Translations under genes and position numbers: made by a program
Shown here: positions 27,183-35,948 of the stretch, one piece after another
Layout of the letters: each line of letters starts with the position of its first letter
Numbering within the stretch: position 1 is the first letter of the stretch
Origin: a bacterium
GTDB lineage: Bacteria > Patescibacteriota > Minisyncoccia > UBA6257 > GWB1-50-10
Length of the DNA: 52,303 nucleotides
NCBI GenBank assembly: GCA_021791395.1
Contig: JAJYWR010000006.1
Location: 1-52,303, forward strand
Direction of reading: 5' to 3'
Notes under the pieces: generated by a model
Database searches by the model: none
Told to the model about the DNA's origin: nothing
Seen by the model: only the letters and a program-made list of their open reading frames with translations

Positions 27183-28885
27183 GCATTTATGGTGTCCTTT
27201 TTCTCGGCGAATCCGCGACGGGCTTGAGCGACGCCGTATCTCAAGATTTGGAAATGTCTCGGTGTATGTGCATCGGAATCAATTGACATTTTCACACCCG
27301 CCGCAACGCACTTTCTGATGTATTCATCTTTCAAATCGGCTCGTTCCGGCAGAGCATCTATTTCAAGGATTGTATTGGTTCTTTTGGCATGACGTATCAA
27401 CTCATCCATGTCAACGTCATACGCCTCTCTTTTTTGTATTACTCTTCCCGTTGGGTGGAAAATAATGTCGACGTTCCTGTTATTCATTGCCCTTTTGATT
27501 CTTTCGGTTTGTTCTTCGCGGGAAAGACTAAAATACGAGTGGACCGAAACCCCTACAACATCCAATTGAGAAAGTATTGAATCAGGAAGATCAAGGGTTC
27601 CATCTTTCAAAATATCGCATTCGCTCCCTTTCAGTACCATCATTCTCTTCCCCTCAGATTTGAGTTTCTTATTGACTTTGTCTATCTCCTCCATTTGTTT
27701 TTTAATTCGTTTTTTATCAAGTCCGCCGGTCATGGCCAGTCGCTTTGTGTGGTCGGTTATCACGATGTATTCCAGTCCGCTCTTCACGGCTTCTCTCGCC
27801 ATCGTCTCTATAGAATCGGACCCATCTGTCCAGTTTGTTTGAACTTGCAAATCGCCCTTGAGATCTCCGTAGCCGATGAGCTTCGGTAACTTGTTCTCTC
27901 GCGCCAATTCTATTTCGCCGGTGTCCTCTCGCATTTCCGGTTCGATATACTGAAGTCCGAGAGCTCGATATAGTTCTTCTTCCGTTCTGCCGGCCACAAA
28001 GGTTTCCTTTTTCCCGCTCACTTTGAAGAGTCCATACTCGTTCAATTTCATTCCTTTCTTGATGGCGATTTCCCGGAGGGCAATATTATGCGCCTTTGAG
28101 CCGGTGAAGTAATTGAGTGCGGCGCCGTAAGATCCTTTTGGAACGATGCGCAAGTCGACATTGAGCCCAGATTTTAACTTGATGGCGGACTTGGTTTCGC
28201 CATGCGCCGTCACCTTGACCACCTCGGGCATCCGAACAAAATAATTCATAATGGGTTCAGCATTCTTTGAGATGGCAAGGATGTCGACATCGCCGATTGT
28301 TTCCTTCATGCGTCGTACCGATCCAGTAACAATTGCTTTTTCGACATCTCTCTGATCATGTATACGTTTTACAATTCCTTCTACTTCAGGCATAACAAAT
28401 CCCAAGATGAACCTGCCGGATGATTTTTCGAGAAATCCCAAGCTTTTCAGGATTTTCTCCTCGCTCTTTTCACCAAATCCCTCCAAGGTTCTTATTTTTT
28501 TCTCCCTTGCTGCTTTTTCCAGATCCCCGATAGTTCTTATTCCTAGTTTTTCGTAGAGGTTTTTAATTGACTGCGGACCAAGGCCCTCTACTTTCCGAAG
28601 GGAATCTATTTCTACCGGCATCTTTTTCTTCAGTTCCTCGTAATATTTTATTTTTCCAGTTTTAATGAACTCTTCTATTTTCTCAGCGATTGAGATGCCG
28701 ATGCCGGGAATGTCTTCAAGGGCTTTTATGCCCCCTTTTTGATATATTTCAGAAACACTTTCTTCAAGTCCTTCGATTGTTTCTGCGACCTTCTCGTAAG
28801 CACGCGGTTTGAAGGGGACGCCATCAATATTAAGGTATTCGGCTATGTCGTAGAGAATTTCAGCAACGGATTTATTGGATGCCAT
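27137..28885 (-). CDS. polX: DNA polymerase X family protein with C-terminal PHP domain
   Basis: VAEILYDIAEYLNIDGVPFKPRAYEKVA..LEDIPGIGISIAEKIEEF (helix-hairpin-helix region), GSVRRMKETIGDVDIL (catalytic Asp region), and PHP motifs (ITDHT, SDAHT). The start was set at ATG 28885, with TATAAT (28898-28893) 7 nt upstream. Confidence 0.9.
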   Translation of the reverse strand: MASNKSVAEILYDIAEYLNIDGVPFKPRAYEKVAETIEGLEESVSEIYQKGGIKALEDIPGIGISIAEKIEEFIKTGKIKYYEELKKKMPVEIDSLRKVEGLGPQSIKNLYEKLGIRTIGDLEKAAREKKIRTLEGFGEKSEEKILKSLGFLEKSSGRFILGFVMPEVEGIVKRIHDQRDVEKAIVTGSVRRMKETIGDVDILAISKNAEPIMNYFVRMPEVVKVTAHGETKSAIKLKSGLNVDLRIVPKGSYGAALNYFTGSKAHNIALREIAIKKGMKLNEYGLFKVSGKKETFVAGRTEEELYRALGLQYIEPEMREDTGEIELARENKLPKLIGYGDLKGDLQVQTNWTDGSDSIETMAREAVKSGLEYIVITDHTKRLAMTGGLDKKRIKKQMEEIDKVNKKLKSEGKRMMVLKGSECDILKDGTLDLPDSILSQLDVVGVSVHSYFSLSREEQTERIKRAMNNRNVDIIFHPTGRVIQKREAYDVDMDELIRHAKRTNTILEIDALPERADLKDEYIRKCVAAGVKMSIDSDAHTPRHFQILRYGVAQARRGFAEKKDTINAWPLAKVRKLLKIPH

Positions 28886-28947
28886 TATTTCAATTATACC
28901 CCATCTCTGCATCATGCGAATTTGCCCCTTTTGCCCACGGAATTTTT

Positions 28948-28990
28948 GGCCCCCCGCTCTCCTCGAATTTTTGAAGGAGACCGGGGGGCC
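28948..28990 (+). repeat. REP-like palindromic element, copy 2
   Basis: ggccccccgctctcctcgaatttttgaaggagaccggggggcc is near-identical to copy 1. Confidence 0.75.
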
Positions 28991-29123
28991 AAAATTTTGG
29001 GGATAAATTCTATTGATAGTTGAATTTTAACTCTTACAATAAGTGATAGGGATAAGCAAAAAAGAGCAACTCGTAAGGGCGTGCTCTTTTTTGTCTTATG
29101 GAGTCGTCAATTCATTCATTCAC

Positions 29124-29663
29124 ATGATGGAAAAAAGCAGGGGGTTTTGGCTATTTGCGGGAATTTTCCTCGGTATTATTGTTGTCGGCGTCGGCATTTT
29201 TCTGTTACAGAATCATATTCAAAAAACCGTTGCTACTCCGCCAGGAGGTGTTTCCTCTCCGGAGGATCAGATACGCGCCGCTGCGGAAATTCAGAAATGG
29301 ATAGAGGCTTACGAAGCTGAAATGAAAGAGGATACCATGGGTGGGGAAACGCCGGAGGAGACGTTGCACCTTTTTATCGACGCGCTCCGGAAGGGCGATG
29401 CGGAATTAGCATCGCGGTACACGCTCCTCGATATCAATGATCCGGATATGCGGGCGAAGTGGAAGGCTGATATTGAGAAAAAGAAGAGAGAGGGAAGATT
29501 GAATGAAATAGCTGATATCTTATCAAGTGCGGTGTATGACGCGTCATCGTCTTATCTGGGTACCGCTTGGTTTTCAGTTCTCAATAAGGATGGCATGGCT
29601 GACTACAGCGCGCTTCTCAAACTCAACAAATATTCCGGCGTTTGGAAAATAGAAAGTATGTGA
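29124..29663 (+). CDS. hypothetical membrane-anchored protein
   Basis: MMEKSRGFWLFAGIFLGIIVVGVGIFLL TM helix followed by a soluble domain. Its TGA stop overlaps the next ATG (ATGA at 29661-29665). Confidence 0.55.
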   Translation: MMEKSRGFWLFAGIFLGIIVVGVGIFLLQNHIQKTVATPPGGVSSPEDQIRAAAEIQKWIEAYEAEMKEDTMGGETPEETLHLFIDALRKGDAELASRYTLLDINDPDMRAKWKADIEKKKREGRLNEIADILSSAVYDASSSYLGTAWFSVLNKDGMADYSALLKLNKYSGVWKIESM

Positions 29664-32600
29664 TGAAAAAAGCATTTATTCCAATTTTCCTATTAGGATT
29701 TTTCATTCTGTCGCCGGATGTTCTCGCTTACGATTCCGGAACGCATGCGTTTTTGACGGAGTCCGCGGTTGACCTCTACAGTAAAACGGCGGCGGTTCAA
29801 TTTCCTCAGGAACTGAAGGATTATTTAATGGATGGTTCCCGTAGAGAAGACGATATTCCGCGATCTTTTAATCATTTCTACGACCCGGTGTATCGGCGTG
29901 GGCTTACCTATAATCCGGTCATCAACGCAGTGAATCTTCCAGGGAAATGGGAAACATCGAAAAGTTGGGCGGAAAATTCCGCAAGTCAAAACTCAATCGT
30001 TTATAAAATTGCGCCGACGATTGCTTCGATACTCTCGGCCGTTGAGCGGGGAAAACTCAGCGATGTCTTGAGCAACTCCGATTTTACATGGCAGAGAGCT
30101 CTCGATCTCTATAAGTCCGGCAAGAAAGAGGAAGCAATCTTCGCGCTGGGACACGTGATTCATCTCATTGAGGATGTGAGCGTGCCGGATCACACGAGAG
30201 ATGATCCGCATCCCGGCGGGAGTCCCTACGAAAATTGGGCGGCGAAGTTTACGCCTGAATCGCCGGATTTGGACTTGGTGAGAACGTTAAATGGTAAACA
30301 GCCGGTCGTTTTCGCCGACCTTGGTTCGTATTTTGATGGTATTGCGAACTATTCCAACAATAACTTTTACAGCCGAAATACGATCGGATTGCAGAGTGGG
30401 TACAGCTTACCGGTTGCGGATATGTCAGATTTAGACGCGAAGGACGGGAAATATCTTGTCATGGGACACGATAGCGAAGGGAATGAATACCCTTTATTTA
30501 AAAAGAATTCAGTGTTAAGTTTACTGTTCGATTTCAAAAATATAACGGTAACGGTGGATGATGGTACAATCCTCGATTCTTATTGGTCTCTTCTTTCAAA
30601 GAAAGCGGTTCAGTATGCCGCCGGCGTCCTGGATCTGTTTTTTAAAACGGTGAAGGCGACGGAGATAGCTAATCAATCGAAGCAAGTTCCAGCGGCGAGT
30701 TCGAACGGACCGAGCATCGCGGGTGCCCCACCCACAGTCATTCCGCAGCCGGTTGCATTTACCGATCGGTCGGTTGTAAAAATCGGCGAAAAAGTAATTG
30801 AAAGTGGTGAACATTTCACAGCACATGGGCAAGTTGCACTTGTTTTTGATTTACCGAATGGAAAATCGACGTCGGTGAACATTCAAGCGGATAACATCGG
30901 TGCTTTTCAGAATATTTATCAAATGCCGCTTGATGCGGTTCTCGGGGTTTATGCGTATTATGCAAAAGATCTCACTACTGGCGCTGTGAGCGGTAAGGTG
31001 ATATATTCGGTTGTTTCAGAAATAGAGGAGGTATTGCCTGCGAATTCAACGGTTATCACTGCAACGAGCAGCGGGCAGGGCATCGCGACCCCGCCAACAA
31101 CGACGGTGACTGCAGGCACAAAACGGTGTTCATTCGAGGTGGGTATCGCCTCAACGCGTACGCCGGTTACTTTCAATGAAATAGCATGGGCGGGCGGAAG
31201 TGAATCGTATGGCTTAAATGCTTCCGACGAATGGTTTGAATTAAGAAACATAACAGGAAGTTCTATTGATCTTTCTGGCTGGCAAATTTTAAGTAAAAAA
31301 GGAAGTATTACAATTTCCCTTCCACCCGGCACAAGTATTTCTCCGTGGGGTTACTTTTTACTTGAGAGGACGAATGATGATTCCGTGCCAAATATAACTG
31401 CGGACTTCATTTATGCCGGTGGGCTTGCTAATTCCGACGACGGTCTTGAGATTTTTGACGCGGATTGCAAACCGGTCGATATAGTAACAGCCGATTCTGA
31501 ATGGCCAGCGGGGGATTCCTCACTCCGTCGTTCAATGGAGCGGAAAAGCGACTTTTCATGGTTTACATCAGGAAATTTCAATGGGAAGATCTTCGGAACG
31601 CCTCGGTCGCCGAACGGTACGGCGTACATCCCTTCTCAGAATCAGGCGGTCTACGTAGGCGGTGGTGGTCAAAATAAGTCATCTGACAATGCTTCTCCGC
31701 CGGACCTTGCAATCACCGAAATGATGTATGATTACCCCGGATCTGATGCTGGTCATGAATGGATTGAGGTGAAGAATGTTGGTATGACGACTGCTGATTT
31801 GAGCGAAATAAAATTTTATGAAGGAGAAACAGCACACAATGTAAACTCCACTGGTGGCGATTATCTTCTTCCTGCGGGCGGTTTTGCGATATTTTCTAAC
31901 GATTCCACAACCATCTTTCAGGATTTTCCGAGCTTTAGCGGTAGCTTGTTTTATGGTTCGTTTTCCTTAAACAATATAAGCGGCTCTGTAGCCCTGAAGT
32001 ACCGGGATACCGTTTTCGGTTCTGTTTCCTATGTTTCAAGTACCGGTGCTCAAGGTGACGGAAATTCTCTGCAGCTCATCGGCGATACCTGGACTTGGTC
32101 TCGTCCCACACCGGGTAGTGAAAATATTCTCGATCAATCACTTATCGCCGATGAAACGCCGACAACAACGCCGACATCCACACCGCCGGTCGTTGGGAGT
32201 AGTACGGATTGTGTTGTGATAAGCGAAGTACAAGTTGGCGGTATTGACGCAGGTGATGAGTTTATTGAACTTTATAATTCCGGTGATCATGATGTAAATC
32301 TATCTGGATGGTCTTTGCAATACCTGAGTGGCGGCGCGGAAGCTGTTTCAAGCTCAACTACTTCAAAAGAAACGTTCGGGGTGGAGGATTCAATCAAATC
32401 GAAGGGATTTTTTCTCATTGCCCGTGGGAAAAGTGACGGTGGAGACAATGGATATGTTGGTACAACCACACCTGACTATCTTTACCGATCATTCAGTCTA
32501 TCCGGCGGTTCAAATGGTGGAGCAGTTCTTCTGGTTTCTACGACGACTGATGTAAATTCGTTGAACGATGGATCAATTGAGAGTAGTCTCTTCTACGGCA

Positions 32601-34207
32601 ATGGGAGTGTTCTCGCAGATTTTCATCCCGCAGCAGTTCCGGAATCTTCCGGAAGTTTGGGACGCAAGGCATTTCGCGATGGGTACTGTCTTTCAGGGCT
32701 TCCGGGCGCGGAGGGGGAATTTCTCGGAAAAAATTGCGAAACAGGGGAAAGCGTCGCCGATTTTGAGGTGTGGCCCGCCGCCAAACCGCAGAATTCGCAG
32801 AGTTTGCCGGAACCGCGTTCATCACCAACTGCCCCCGTGCCGATACCGGGGGAAGATGCGATTGCGAAATACGATTTCAATGGCATGACTATCGGATTTG
32901 CATGGTCGCCGTCCCGTGATTCTACAGCTTCGCCCTCGGGGATGGTGTATGAGCTTTTTGAAGAAAATAATGACAACTTTTCATTGTTTACTGCAACGAC
33001 GGCCGTCTCAGTCGCTTATCCGCTTTCGGAAGTCGGGAAAATATATCATTTTTCGATGACAGCCCTTGATCGCGACGGCATGCCGTCCGCCACGACCAAT
33101 ATCAGTGTCGATGCGCCACTCCCAGTTTCCTCGAGTTCAATTATCTTTTCTCAAAACCTATTGCCGTCATTTTCCGCTGGCAGTCACTATTCGGACAATT
33201 GGTACAGATTGGGAAGAGGTTTTTCCGGCGTTCTCCATGCACTTTTTTTGCGCGGGCTAGTTGATCGGCCGGAATTTTCCTCGTCGCATGTCTATCTTCG
33301 TGAATTCGAAGACAAAGATTACACGCATGAAGTTGCTTTGTTCACGCTTTCCAACAACGCGCCCTTCACGAATGCGGTGCATAATGTGGTTTTGGAGAAT
33401 CTTGACGTGAAATTTCACCCCTTTTCTTATTATCGTCTAGAGACCTATCAGGATTACCAAAACAGGAGTGTGATTCTTGCGGGCACGACGGCGACCGGTA
33501 CCGCCATGAGCAATGCATTTATTACCGACGTGGGGGAGATTTTCAACTATTATCCTTTTTATCCATTCATGGTTATGGAAGGTGAACCGGGGCCGCAGGT
33601 TGATATTTCCATTCCTCAAAAGCCGACCATCCCTCAAATTCAATCAATTGATTTTAATGAAAACGACATGGCGTTGAATATTTCTTGGTCTACCTCGACT
33701 GATCTTGATTCTTTGGATTCGAAGATAACCTACGAGTATAACATTACAAATCTTTCTGATTTTCATGAGTCCGAGTGGGTGCAAGCCGGACCGAATACAT
33801 CTTTGTCATATCCAGTTTCTTTTCCGAATGAATACAAGATAGGAATACGGGCCGTTGACGATACGGGTCTGATGTCGGGTGTGGCTTCGACGACGTGGGA
33901 ATTCCCTGGCGGTTTTTCTTCCTCTGGAATTCAGCTCGAAATCAGTTCCGCTGGGTTCTTGCCGTCGACATTCATAGCAAGAAGCGGATCGGCGATGGCG
34001 GTTTCTCTTGCTGGTGCCGATGATGAGACTCACGTCTTCAAGTTTGATGATCCATCGATCCAACTCAGTCCGAGTGGCGTTGGCCCCATGATGACAAGAG
34101 TTATTACATTTAGTGCTCCTTCTAGTACCGGCGATTATACTTTTCGTTGTGATGTCCCCGGACACGCTGCAAGGGGAGAGGTGGGGACAATGACGGTACA
34201 TCAATAA
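29663..34207 (+). CDS. giant secreted multidomain protein: zinc phospholipase C/P1-nuclease-like N-domain, three lamin-tail domains, FN3-like module, C-terminal cupredoxin domain
   Basis: Signal peptide MKKAFIPIFLLGFFILSPDVLA. GTHAFLTE..GHVIHLIEDVSVPDHTRDD has His/Asp-rich Zn-site-like motifs. LTD signatures: EWFELRNITGSSIDLSGW, HEWIEVKNVG, DEFIELYNSGDHDVNLSGW. The C-terminus reads ETHVFKF...GDYTFRCDVPGHAARGEVGTMTV. Confidence 0.8.
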   Translation: MKKAFIPIFLLGFFILSPDVLAYDSGTHAFLTESAVDLYSKTAAVQFPQELKDYLMDGSRREDDIPRSFNHFYDPVYRRGLTYNPVINAVNLPGKWETSKSWAENSASQNSIVYKIAPTIASILSAVERGKLSDVLSNSDFTWQRALDLYKSGKKEEAIFALGHVIHLIEDVSVPDHTRDDPHPGGSPYENWAAKFTPESPDLDLVRTLNGKQPVVFADLGSYFDGIANYSNNNFYSRNTIGLQSGYSLPVADMSDLDAKDGKYLVMGHDSEGNEYPLFKKNSVLSLLFDFKNITVTVDDGTILDSYWSLLSKKAVQYAAGVLDLFFKTVKATEIANQSKQVPAASSNGPSIAGAPPTVIPQPVAFTDRSVVKIGEKVIESGEHFTAHGQVALVFDLPNGKSTSVNIQADNIGAFQNIYQMPLDAVLGVYAYYAKDLTTGAVSGKVIYSVVSEIEEVLPANSTVITATSSGQGIATPPTTTVTAGTKRCSFEVGIASTRTPVTFNEIAWAGGSESYGLNASDEWFELRNITGSSIDLSGWQILSKKGSITISLPPGTSISPWGYFLLERTNDDSVPNITADFIYAGGLANSDDGLEIFDADCKPVDIVTADSEWPAGDSSLRRSMERKSDFSWFTSGNFNGKIFGTPRSPNGTAYIPSQNQAVYVGGGGQNKSSDNASPPDLAITEMMYDYPGSDAGHEWIEVKNVGMTTADLSEIKFYEGETAHNVNSTGGDYLLPAGGFAIFSNDSTTIFQDFPSFSGSLFYGSFSLNNISGSVALKYRDTVFGSVSYVSSTGAQGDGNSLQLIGDTWTWSRPTPGSENILDQSLIADETPTTTPTSTPPVVGSSTDCVVISEVQVGGIDAGDEFIELYNSGDHDVNLSGWSLQYLSGGAEAVSSSTTSKETFGVEDSIKSKGFFLIARGKSDGGDNGYVGTTTPDYLYRSFSLSGGSNGGAVLLVSTTTDVNSLNDGSIESSLFYGNGSVLADFHPAAVPESSGSLGRKAFRDGYCLSGLPGAEGEFLGKNCETGESVADFEVWPAAKPQNSQSLPEPRSSPTAPVPIPGEDAIAKYDFNGMTIGFAWSPSRDSTASPSGMVYELFEENNDNFSLFTATTAVSVAYPLSEVGKIYHFSMTALDRDGMPSATTNISVDAPLPVSSSSIIFSQNLLPSFSAGSHYSDNWYRLGRGFSGVLHALFLRGLVDRPEFSSSHVYLREFEDKDYTHEVALFTLSNNAPFTNAVHNVVLENLDVKFHPFSYYRLETYQDYQNRSVILAGTTATGTAMSNAFITDVGEIFNYYPFYPFMVMEGEPGPQVDISIPQKPTIPQIQSIDFNENDMALNISWSTSTDLDSLDSKITYEYNITNLSDFHESEWVQAGPNTSLSYPVSFPNEYKIGIRAVDDTGLMSGVASTTWEFPGGFSSSGIQLEISSAGFLPSTFIARSGSAMAVSLAGADDETHVFKFDDPSIQLSPSGVGPMMTRVITFSAPSSTGDYTFRCDVPGHAARGEVGTMTVHQ

Positions 34208-34236
34208 TTTTTTATCTTGGTTATTCACAGGTTTGA

Positions 34237-34278
34237 GGGCCCCCGGTCTCCCTCAATTTTTGAAGGAGACCGGAGGGC
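34237..34278 (+). repeat. REP-like palindromic element, copy 3
   Basis: gggcccccggtctccctcaatttttgaaggagaccggagggc has the same loop and right arm as copies 1 and 2. Confidence 0.7.
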
Positions 34279-34327
34279 AAAATTTTTTTGGGGGTTGTTT
34301 GACGGGGGAAGGGGAGTTTGGTAGCGT

Positions 34328-34536
34328 AAGGATAGCTCCGCTACTTGTTAGTTTTGGATTTAACCGGCTGAGGCTCGGGTGATGCCTCCCCCCAGACCGG
34401 GAGTGCGCCGTCTCCGGTAGGAGGGAGCGGCGTGCGGACCCTTGACGCGACGTACGCGCGTCTGGGTCTATCCTTAGAGTTTGCGCTCTCCTCCTTCGTT
34501 ACCTGATGGTCCTCATGGCCATCAGGTTTTTATTTT
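34328..34536 (+). ncRNA. unclassified structured RNA candidate with its own intrinsic terminator
   Basis: GC-rich and non-coding. Long-range pairings: AAGGATAG (34328-35)/CTATCCTT (34468-75) and CCCAGAC (34391-97)/GTCTGGG (34460-66). Internal hairpins: gaggc..gcctc, ccgggag..ctccgg, cgcg..cgcg. Terminator: cctgatgg-N9-ccatcagg plus a T-run (34503-34536). A separate promoter for the downstream ORF follows. Confidence 0.4.
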
Positions 34537-34563
34537 GACAAATATTCGATTCTATTGCATATT
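34535..34563 (+). promoter_or_regulatory. promoter of the zinc-ribbon ORF
   Basis: TTGACA (34535-40), 17 nt spacer, CATATT (34558-63). AGGAG at 34580-84 lies 7 nt before ATG 34592. Confidence 0.4.
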
Positions 34564-34591
34564 TGTTGTGCACATAAACAGGAGAAAAAAG

Positions 34592-34789
34592 ATGGACTCA
34601 GAAAAGATTGTTACATATCGCTGCCTTGAATGCGGTCACACCCTTGATTTTAAGGGAGCGCCGCCATTTTTTGAGGTGCAGTGCGATATCTGTGATGGGG
34701 AGATGATTCCCGTCTCCTCAGGTTTAAGAAAGAAGGATGAAGAGATTAATTCCGTGGCACAGTCCATGTATCGGGACATGGGTTTATAG
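34592..34789 (+). CDS. small zinc-ribbon protein (65 aa)
   Basis: CLECGH...CDICDG gives two CxxC pairs. It has a good SD sequence. Confidence 0.55.
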   Translation: MDSEKIVTYRCLECGHTLDFKGAPPFFEVQCDICDGEMIPVSSGLRKKDEEINSVAQSMYRDMGL

Positions 34790-34833
34790 ATTTTGCTGGT
34801 GCCTCCTCGGGGGACGGGGAGCGCCGTGCCTCA

Positions 34834-34876
34834 GGCTCGGATGTGAAGTCAAGCACATCTGAGCCCTATTTTTTTG
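34834..34876 (+). terminator. intrinsic terminator
   Basis: A 12 bp stem (ggctcggatgtg/cacatctgagcc) followed by ctattttttt. Confidence 0.7.
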
Positions 34877-34889
34877 GTATGATAATGCT

Positions 34890-35375
34890 ATGAAAGAAAT
34901 CGTCGTCGTTTTGCATAACATCCGGAGTTTGCACAATGTCGGGTCCGTGTTCCGGACTGCGGATGCGGCCGGCGTTTCAAAAATATACCTCTGCGGTATC
35001 ACGCCGAAGCCCGTCGATCCCTTGGGGAACTACCGGCGCGAAATCGCGAAGGTTGCCTTGGGTGCCGAACGGACGGTTCCATGGGAATATTCGCGGTCGA
35101 CGGCCGCGCTTTTGAAAAAGCTAAGAAAAGCAGGATATACAATCTTTGCCGTTGAGCAATCAGCAAAGTCCGTTCCGTATTATGCCTTGAATCCGAAACG
35201 GTATGCCCGTGCCCGCGTTGCGCTCATCGTGGGAAACGAGGTGGAAGGTTTGCCGGCGGGCATTCTCCATTTGGCCGACAAGATTTTGGAGATTCCCATG
35301 CAGGGGAAGAAAGAATCGCTGAATGTTTCGGTCGCGTTCGGCATCGTCGTATTTCGGCTGGTATATAATAAATAA
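34890..35375 (+). CDS. SpoU/TrmH-family RNA 2'-O-methyltransferase
   Basis: LHNIRSLHNVGSVFRTADAAG...LIVGNEVEGL...IPMQGKKESLNVSVAFGIV are the SPOUT motifs. Confidence 0.85.
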   Translation: MKEIVVVLHNIRSLHNVGSVFRTADAAGVSKIYLCGITPKPVDPLGNYRREIAKVALGAERTVPWEYSRSTAALLKKLRKAGYTIFAVEQSAKSVPYYALNPKRYARARVALIVGNEVEGLPAGILHLADKILEIPMQGKKESLNVSVAFGIVVFRLVYNK

Positions 35376-35379
35376 GGAT

Positions 35380-35889
35380 ATGTCAGGGTTTTTAAAAGCA
35401 TTCATTATTCTTCTTGGCGTCGCGATCGGCGTTGCCATGGTGACCATCCCATACGTGGAAGAAGTGAGCAAGGTTCAAAAGAAGGCGGAGGTGAAGATCA
35501 ACGACCAGTACATAACGGTAGACATCGCGAAAGATGAGACGACGAGAGATAAAGGACTTGGCGGCAGGTCGAGCTTGGGCATCAACGAAGGGATGCTTTT
35601 CCTCTTCCCTCAAGCGGGGCAGTATGGATTTTGGATGAAGGATATGTTAATTCCCATTGATCTCATCTGGATCTACCAAGGGAAAATTGTTGGGTTCGAA
35701 CAAAATATGCAGCCTCCGGCACCGGGGACGCCGGATAACGCGCTCCAGCAATATCTTCCGCCATCGCCGGTCGACGAAGTTTTAGAACTTCATGCGGGAA
35801 GAGTTTCTCTTTTGCGGGCGAATGTGGGTGACCGGGTTTTCGTAAAACCGCTCATTCCGACGTCGCAGGTATTGCAAAATCTCCAGTAA
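35380..35889 (+). CDS. DUF192 domain protein
   Basis: GLGGRSSLGINEGMLFLFPQAGQYGFWMKDMLIPIDLIWI...LELHAG. The start was moved to ATG 35380. Confidence 0.7.
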   Translation: MSGFLKAFIILLGVAIGVAMVTIPYVEEVSKVQKKAEVKINDQYITVDIAKDETTRDKGLGGRSSLGINEGMLFLFPQAGQYGFWMKDMLIPIDLIWIYQGKIVGFEQNMQPPAPGTPDNALQQYLPPSPVDEVLELHAGRVSLLRANVGDRVFVKPLIPTSQVLQNLQ

Positions 35890-35908
35890 CGGGGAGGTAA
35901 AAACACGA

Positions 35909-35939
35909 ATGCGTCCGGGAAATTCATCCTCGGACGCAT
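35909..35939. terminator. bidirectional hairpin between convergent genes
   Basis: atgcgtccg (35909-17) pairs with cggacgcat (35931-39). Confidence 0.5.
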
Positions 35940-35948
35940 GTATGTTGT

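Noticed and set aside
34290-34540. SRP RNA, tmRNA or TPP riboswitch identity for the structured RNA candidate.
   Set aside because: ccggtaggagggagcggc superficially resembles the SRP helix 8 sequence GGAAGGAAGCAGC. However, the conserved AGG/AGCA symmetric-loop bases and a GNRA loop are missing. GGGGGTTGTTTGAC resembles a tmRNA 5' end, but there is no T-arm/ACCA 3' end. CTGAG...ACCTGAT are isolated words, and ACCTGATGG is simply the terminator stem.
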